Source: Abditibacterium sp.
GTDB lineage: Bacteria; Armatimonadota; Abditibacteriia; Abditibacteriales; Abditibacteriaceae
Reading direction: 5' to 3'
Length of the DNA stretch: 64,000 nt
NCBI GenBank assembly: GCA_965199495.1
Contig: CBDASK010000003.1
Span: 2,208,001-2,272,000 of the forward strand
The notes below the pieces were generated by a model that saw only the letters and a list, made by a program, of their open reading frames with translations, was not told the origin of the DNA and did no database searches. A program made the position numbers and the translations under genes. Below are positions 58,137 to 64,000 of this stretch, in pieces. Numbering within the stretch: the first letter of the stretch is position 1; every line of letters begins with the position of its first letter.

Positions 58137-60116
58137 ATGAAAAGCCCCGTCCCTTTTATTCGGAATTTCTTTCGACCTCAATCGAAGGATTCCGTGGTTC
58201 ACGCGAGTCATATCGTTGACGTTGTGTTGGGCCTGCGTCGTCTCGATTTGATAAAGCCCGGCATTGACTTGTGCCTAATTCTCATCGCGGCGGCCTGGGC
58301 GTGGCTGGTCTCTTTTGGCCAGGTCAAAAATCCGGGGGCGATTTGGCCGTTTCTGGTCGCGGTTTTGATCGCGCGTGGAGCCATCTACTTCGGACTTTCG
58401 CTTTATCGCACGTCGTGGCTTCATGTGTCGCGCTTTGAAGTGCTGTGGCTGTTTGTGAGCGCTCTGATGGGGCCACCGGCCATCGCCTTTGTTTTGTGGG
58501 TGTTGCCGGATCCGTTCACCCTGAAATCGTTGGTGCGCCCGGTGCTGTTGCTGACCACCGAACCCGCGTTTTACCTGCTCATTTTATGCGCTTGCCGCAT
58601 GACGGCGCGTGCCATCGCCTATAGCAAAAAGCCGAAAAGCACGAGCCGGATTTTGATCGTCGGCGCGGGCAGCGCTGGGCGAGCTTTGGCGCTTCAGGTT
58701 CAAGAGATTCCTTCCACTTATCACATCGTGGGCTTTCTGGACGACGATCCCTCGAAACGGCGCGTTCGCTATCGCGGCCTCAAAATTCTGGGCGACCTCG
58801 ACGATTTATCGCAAGTCGCTAAAACCAGCGAGGTGCAGGAAGTAATTATCGCCATCACGCATTTGTCGCCGGAACGTCTGCGTGAAATCATGAATCTTTG
58901 CGCGGAAGATGACATTCCCGTGCGCATTCTGCCGCCGTTGGAAGAGGTTATGGGCGGGCGTCCCAACCTCAAGGCCGTGCGCGAAGTGCGCATGGAAGAT
59001 TTGCTGCCCCGCCCCGAAGTTGATGTAGATCGGGCCTCGATTTCCAGTTATGTCAGCCAGCGCACGGTTTTGGTGACGGGCGGCGGTGGCTCCATCGGCG
59101 GCGAGTTGTGCCGTCAGGTCGTCAATTCCAACGCACGCCGCTTGATTGTGCTGGGGCGCGGCGAAAACAGCGTTTTCGAGATGGTGCAGGAATTGTTGCA
59201 ACTGGAAAGTGCCTGCGAGATTATTCCCGCGATTTGCGATGTGCGCGACCGCCCGGCTTTGGGCAAAATTTTTGAGAAGTTCCAGCCCGAAGTCGTCTTT
59301 CACGCCGCCGCCCACAAGCACGTCCCCCTCATGGAACAGTATCCGTGCGAAGCCATCAAAAATAACGTGGGAGGCACGCTTAATCTGGTGCAACTGGCGG
59401 TGCGCCATCGCACCGAACATTTCGTGATGGTCTCGACCGACAAAGCCGTTGATCCGGCCAATGTCATGGGCGCCAGCAAGCGCACCTGCGAAATGATCGT
59501 CAAGGGCTATGCCCAGCAGAGCGGTTTGAATATGGTATGCGTGCGTTTTGGCAACGTTCTGGGCAGTCGCGGCAGCGTGGTGCCCACGATGGCCCGCCAA
59601 ATCCGGCGCGGTCTGCCAGTTACGGTGACCGATCCAGAGATGGTGCGTTATTTTATGACGATTCCCGAAGCGGTTCAACTCATTTTGCAGGCGGGTTCAG
59701 TCGGCGGTTGCGGCGAAGTTTTTGTCCTCGACATGGGACGCCCGGTGCGCATTCTCGATTTAGCCCACGACCTGATTCGTTTATCGGGATTATTGCCGGG
59801 TGAGGATATTCCCATCATAATCATCGGCAAGCGGCCCGGCGAGAAAATGTATGAAGATATGTTGATGCACACAGAGCTATCCTCGGTCGAGAAGAAAGGC
59901 CCATTTTTCATGGCAATGATCAAGCCGCTCGATTTTTCGCATTTTTCTGCTCAACTGGAATCGCTTATTGCAGCAGGCGAATCGGGCGATAGCGAAAAAA
60001 CACTCAAAATTTTGCGCCAAATAGTGCCGGAATTTAAATCGCCAACTTCCGATTTATCGGTTGTTCCTCAGACACTAATGCCGACCGAAATGATACATAC
60101 AACGAGCCGCAGTTAA
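58137..60116 (+). CDS. Membrane-bound UDP-sugar 4,6-dehydratase (CapD/PglF/WbpM-like)
   Basis: TGGGGSIG, HAAAHKHVP, STDKAV, RFGNVLGSRGSV and RPGEK motifs. Confidence 0.93.
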   Translation: MKSPVPFIRNFFRPQSKDSVVHASHIVDVVLGLRRLDLIKPGIDLCLILIAAAWAWLVSFGQVKNPGAIWPFLVAVLIARGAIYFGLSLYRTSWLHVSRFEVLWLFVSALMGPPAIAFVLWVLPDPFTLKSLVRPVLLLTTEPAFYLLILCACRMTARAIAYSKKPKSTSRILIVGAGSAGRALALQVQEIPSTYHIVGFLDDDPSKRRVRYRGLKILGDLDDLSQVAKTSEVQEVIIAITHLSPERLREIMNLCAEDDIPVRILPPLEEVMGGRPNLKAVREVRMEDLLPRPEVDVDRASISSYVSQRTVLVTGGGGSIGGELCRQVVNSNARRLIVLGRGENSVFEMVQELLQLESACEIIPAICDVRDRPALGKIFEKFQPEVVFHAAAHKHVPLMEQYPCEAIKNNVGGTLNLVQLAVRHRTEHFVMVSTDKAVDPANVMGASKRTCEMIVKGYAQQSGLNMVCVRFGNVLGSRGSVVPTMARQIRRGLPVTVTDPEMVRYFMTIPEAVQLILQAGSVGGCGEVFVLDMGRPVRILDLAHDLIRLSGLLPGEDIPIIIIGKRPGEKMYEDMLMHTELSSVEKKGPFFMAMIKPLDFSHFSAQLESLIAAGESGDSEKTLKILRQIVPEFKSPTSDLSVVPQTLMPTEMIHTTSRS

Positions 60117-60217
60117 TGCACGGAACACTGAAAAAATAGAGCAAGACACGGGCTAAACTTCTAACCTTTGCGTTGCGTCCTTGTTTCTCAAAAGACAAAG
60201 ACGCAACGCATCTCACA

Positions 60218-61141
60218 ATGAAAATATTAATTACTGGTGGGGCCGGGTTCATCGGCTCCAATATCGCCGATTCCTATATCGAAGCCGGCCACGAAGTCGC
60301 CGTTGTTGACAACTTAGCCACTGGCTTCAAACGCAATATCCATTCAGACGCTAAATTCTACGAATGCGATATTTGTGACAGAGAGAAGTTGAGCCAGATT
60401 TTTACTGACTTTGCGCCCGATGTTATCTCTCATCATGCGGCCCAACTCGATGTCCGCAAATCTGTGGCGGATCCTTCTTATGACGCCAATATCAACATTA
60501 ATGGCGCACTCAACATTTTGATGGAGGCCGTGCGCGTTGGCAGCCACCGCGTCCTGTTCGCGTCATCGGGCGGTGCCGTTTATGGTGAACCCCAATTTAT
60601 CCCTGTGACAGAGGATCATCCCATCAACCCAGAATCGCCTTATGGATTGACCAAATTCACTTTTGAACATTATCTGCGCATCTGGAGTAATTTACACGCT
60701 ATCACTCCCGTCGTATTGCGCTACGCCAATGTCTATGGCCCGCGCCAAACAGCCGATGGAGAAGGTGGAGTTGTGGCAATTTTTTCACAGTTACTATTAA
60801 ACGATAAACCCTGCACCATTTTTGGCGATGGCACCATGACGCGAGATTATGTCTATGTTGGAGACGTAGTTAACGCGAATTTGTTGGCGTTGGAAAAAGG
60901 TGACAACAAAGCGATAAATATTGGAACAGGCATCGAAACTTCCACAGATGAAGTGTTCGAGACTATTCTCACCTGTGTCGGTTCTGGCCCTTCGGAGCCA
61001 CAATATCTTCCCGAACGGCCCGGCGAAGTTCGCCGCATCTATCTGGAAAATAGCTATGCCAAACAAGTGTTGGGTTGGCAGCCGCAAACCGAGTTTCCGC
61101 AGGGCGTGGCTCATACTGTTGATGCGTTGAAAAAAGTTTGA
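60218..61141 (+). CDS. NAD-dependent epimerase (UDP-glucose 4-epimerase-like)
   Basis: TGGAGFIG, YGLTK and RYANVYGPRQ motifs. Confidence 0.92.
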   Translation: MKILITGGAGFIGSNIADSYIEAGHEVAVVDNLATGFKRNIHSDAKFYECDICDREKLSQIFTDFAPDVISHHAAQLDVRKSVADPSYDANININGALNILMEAVRVGSHRVLFASSGGAVYGEPQFIPVTEDHPINPESPYGLTKFTFEHYLRIWSNLHAITPVVLRYANVYGPRQTADGEGGVVAIFSQLLLNDKPCTIFGDGTMTRDYVYVGDVVNANLLALEKGDNKAINIGTGIETSTDEVFETILTCVGSGPSEPQYLPERPGEVRRIYLENSYAKQVLGWQPQTEFPQGVAHTVDALKKV

Positions 61142-61180
61142 AATTCTAAAACTCAACAGGTGACTCGAAAGAAATTATTT

Positions 61181-62545
61181 ATGCCGAAGAATGAATCAAC
61201 AACTGAGGAAACGCCTGTTGTTTCTCCTGCTGTTATCGCCCCAATCATAACGTCCGGCGGCGGATTATCATTGAAGTCCAACTTTATCTGGACTTTCTTC
61301 AGCAATGTTATCTATGCGGGTTGCCAATGGCTGATGTTAATTGCCCTGGCAAAATTGGGGACGCCAGAAACTGTTGGTGCTTTTGCGTTGGGTCTGGCGG
61401 TCACTGGGCCGATTCTCATGTTCACCAATATGCAATTGCGCGGAGTGCAAGTGACGGACGCCAAAAGGGAATACGAATTTGGCGATTATTTAGGTTTGCG
61501 ATTGATCTCAATCGTTTTATCCTTAGTTGTATTTGGTATTATTGTCCTCGTTTCAAATTACTCTCCGACAACAGCAATCGTAGTTTTTATTATTGGAATT
61601 ACAAAGCTCTTTGATTCGTTGAGCGACATTATCTATGGACTGTTACAACAACGCGAAAAAATGGATCGCATTGCGATTTCGCGTATGTTGCAAGGCACTT
61701 TACAGCTTAGTGTTCTCAGCCTCATTCTGTGGTTGACGCATAACCTCATCTTCGCAGTATTAGGAATGGCGATTATTTCGGGGTTTATCACGTTAATTTA
61801 CGATATACCTAATGCCATCCATATATTGAAGATGGAAACGAATAATAGTGATTCTATTCGGCGTTCTGGCATTCAGTTGTTACATCCGAACTGGTGTAAG
61901 AAGAACTTATTTAAATTGATAAAAATATGTTTTCCATTAGGTTTGGTTATGTTGGCTGTCTCGCTCAATGTTAATACTCCTCAATATTTTATTGAGAATA
62001 AATTAGGCGTTTATGAATTAGGTGTTTTTGCTGCACTGATGTCGCTAACTATGATTGATACCCAGGTTATTAGTGCGTTAGGACAAGTCGCCAGCTCACG
62101 ACTCTCTCAATATTTTGCAAATGGAGAAATAAAATCGTTTCAAGTATTAATGCTACAATTAGTGGCTATTGGAGCTTTTATTGGTGGATTGGTGATGTTA
62201 ATATCCTTATATTTTGGGAAAAAAATTATTACAAGTTTTTTTGGAGTTGAATATGCGCGATATTTTACAACCTTTATTTGGCTTATGATAGGATCATGGA
62301 TCGCTAACGTTACAATGATTCTTGGTTATGGAATAACATCGGCTCGACGATTTAATGTTCAATTGACGATAGCAGTGGTCGTGTTATTGGTAACCGTTAT
62401 TTTATGTTACGCTTTGATTAAACCCATGGGTGTCTTGGGAGTCGCTATTGGTTCCACGGTTGGGATGGCCGTTTGTGGAATAAGTAATTTTTACGTTTTA
62501 TTCAGAATCATCCAGTTCGCCAAGAATTCTGACTCCGTGATCTGA
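61181..62545 (+). CDS. wzx: Polysaccharide flippase
   Basis: Multi-TM Polysacc_synt pattern (LKSNFIWT...LAKLG.PE.VG.F) in a wza-wzc cluster. Confidence 0.85.
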   Translation: MPKNESTTEETPVVSPAVIAPIITSGGGLSLKSNFIWTFFSNVIYAGCQWLMLIALAKLGTPETVGAFALGLAVTGPILMFTNMQLRGVQVTDAKREYEFGDYLGLRLISIVLSLVVFGIIVLVSNYSPTTAIVVFIIGITKLFDSLSDIIYGLLQQREKMDRIAISRMLQGTLQLSVLSLILWLTHNLIFAVLGMAIISGFITLIYDIPNAIHILKMETNNSDSIRRSGIQLLHPNWCKKNLFKLIKICFPLGLVMLAVSLNVNTPQYFIENKLGVYELGVFAALMSLTMIDTQVISALGQVASSRLSQYFANGEIKSFQVLMLQLVAIGAFIGGLVMLISLYFGKKIITSFFGVEYARYFTTFIWLMIGSWIANVTMILGYGITSARRFNVQLTIAVVVLLVTVILCYALIKPMGVLGVAIGSTVGMAVCGISNFYVLFRIIQFAKNSDSVI

Positions 62546-62937
62546 ATATTTTTCAAAAACTCTTGTTTCCAAAGTAAATTTTCCTTTTCGCGATAGCTTT
62601 CATTCTTTGGTTAGTTGAACTCATTATATGAGCGTATAATACCGATTCTTTCTGATGCACTGGAATAACCCTGGTTGTCCTTAGGCGTGGCTGACAAGAA
62701 ACGCAGGTGAATTGCATGTTTTCGATGGATAAATTTGGTTGTTCTGGACGAAGGGGTCAACGTAATTCGATAACGATGACTGTTATGTGGTCTGCTACAC
62801 TGCTCTCCATCGCATTCGGAAGCATCTATAAACGAAGATTCTCATCAAGCGAATAAAGACATCTTAACTCATTGCTTTTAAGCGGAAGATTCTTTGCCAG
62901 TAGAGAATTTTAGTAAGAATTGAATTTTAATGAAATA

Positions 62938-63600
62938 ATGGCCATTAAAGACTATATTCCAGAAACCCTAAAAGAATATATTAAGTTGATGCAGGTAAGG
63001 CGGCGTTATCCTGACGCTAAAATACATACTCCCCATGTGGCGTCTACGGCAAAGATTAACCACGAATGTTTGTTATCTTCCAGAGTTTACATCGGTGATG
63101 ATGTAGAAATTGGCGAATACTCCTATGTTAATATGGGGACATATATTGCTTCTGGTAAAGTAGGTAAATTTTGTTCCATTGGTTATTCCGTGCAAATAGG
63201 AATGCCAGAGCATCCTACTAATTACTTATCTACATCTCCTCGTCTCTTTGGCGGTAAAAACATATTTGGTTTTCCCACTGCTTGGGATGATTATCAAAGT
63301 CCTCCTTATATAGGTAATGACGTTTGGATCGGCAGTAATGCCGTCCTCCTGCAAGGAGTGAACATTGGAGATGGCGCCGTCGTGGCTGCTGGAGCCGTCG
63401 TCACGAAAGACGTTCCTCCCTATGCCATCGTCGCGGGCGTGCCCGCTAAGGTCATCAAAAGCAGATTCGATCCAGAAACCATCGCATTTCTCTTGAAATG
63501 GAAATGGTGGAATCTCCCCGCAGATGAGTTAAAAACACAGGCGATGCTTTTCCAGTCCAAGGTGACATCATTAAAATCAGTAAACCGCTCGCATGAATAA
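62938..63600 (+). CDS. Hexapeptide-repeat O-acetyltransferase (CatB/Vat-like fold)
   Basis: [41 protein letters not shown] and KWW motifs. Confidence 0.9.
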   Translation: MAIKDYIPETLKEYIKLMQVRRRYPDAKIHTPHVASTAKINHECLLSSRVYIGDDVEIGEYSYVNMGTYIASGKVGKFCSIGYSVQIGMPEHPTNYLSTSPRLFGGKNIFGFPTAWDDYQSPPYIGNDVWIGSNAVLLQGVNIGDGAVVAAGAVVTKDVPPYAIVAGVPAKVIKSRFDPETIAFLLKWKWWNLPADELKTQAMLFQSKVTSLKSVNRSHE

Positions 63601-63634
63601 ATCGTTTGAAAGTAGAGAGTGGTGAAAAGTGAAA

Positions 63635-64000
63635 ATGCGAATTCTTCAAGTTGTGGGGACAATGGACCGTGCCGGGGCCGAGACGTGGCTCATGCACGTT
63701 TTACGTAACATAGACCGTGAGCGATTTCAGGTGGATTTTTTAGTTCACAGCGACGCCGCTGGCGATTACGACGATGAGATTAGGGCACTGGGCTCTAAAG
63801 TCATTCCCTGTTTATCCCCGTCAAAGCCTTGGCTCTATGCCCGTAATTTTCGGCGCATTCTGCGACAGCATGGCCCCTACGATGTTGTTCACAGCCACGT
63901 CCATCATTTCAGTGGTTACTTGCTTTGGTTGGCGTCACAATACGGTGTGAAAAACCGAGTGGTGCATAGTCACAGTGACACATCGCTGACCGAGGCGAAT
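63635..64000 (+). CDS. GT4 glycosyltransferase, N-terminal part (runs off window; not in ORF track)
   Basis: MRILQVVGTMDRAGAETWLMHVLRNIDRERFQVDF...YDVVHSH. Confidence 0.88.
   Translation, partial: MRILQVVGTMDRAGAETWLMHVLRNIDRERFQVDFLVHSDAAGDYDDEIRALGSKVIPCLSPSKPWLYARNFRRILRQHGPYDVVHSHVHHFSGYLLWLASQYGVKNRVVHSHSDTSLTEAN

Noticed and set aside
62938..63600. Antibiotic-resistance acetyltransferase (vat/catB)
   Set aside because: Position between wzx and a glycosyltransferase indicates polysaccharide O-acetylation

Overview
A 64-kb GC-rich bacterial chromosome segment. The style of its DUF1559 prepilin-like protein, the SLH domains and the Flp pilins suggest Abditibacteriota/Armatimonadota (inference). 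Most of it is housekeeping or accessory metabolism: purQ-EVE-purL, a GlcNAc kinase with a NagB/PIG-L fusion, kbl-tdh, polX, panBC, msrA, corA, nadA, rtcB and several GT-C-like membrane proteins. It ends in a progressively AT-rich wza-wzc-wzx polysaccharide cluster. I saw no tRNA, rRNA, CRISPR array, transposase or prophage. Best candidates for new biology: (1) a LacI-controlled mannan locus with a DUF1559 pilin-like protein and small lipoprotein but no conventional transporter, carrying a duplicated promoter-operator module and an apparently exported cellobiose 2-epimerase; (2) a promoter/uORF/alternative-hairpin/terminator leader that looks like a translation-sensing attenuator in front of rtcB; (3) at least seven unrelated families of gene-less intergenic inverted-repeat elements, some nested and some with arms that co-vary within a copy. 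Also found: two unannotated Flp pilin genes encoding identical proteins behind sigma54-like promoters, a Rex operator with an ECF-type promoter at nadA, and an 11-bp-phased repeat array before msrA.
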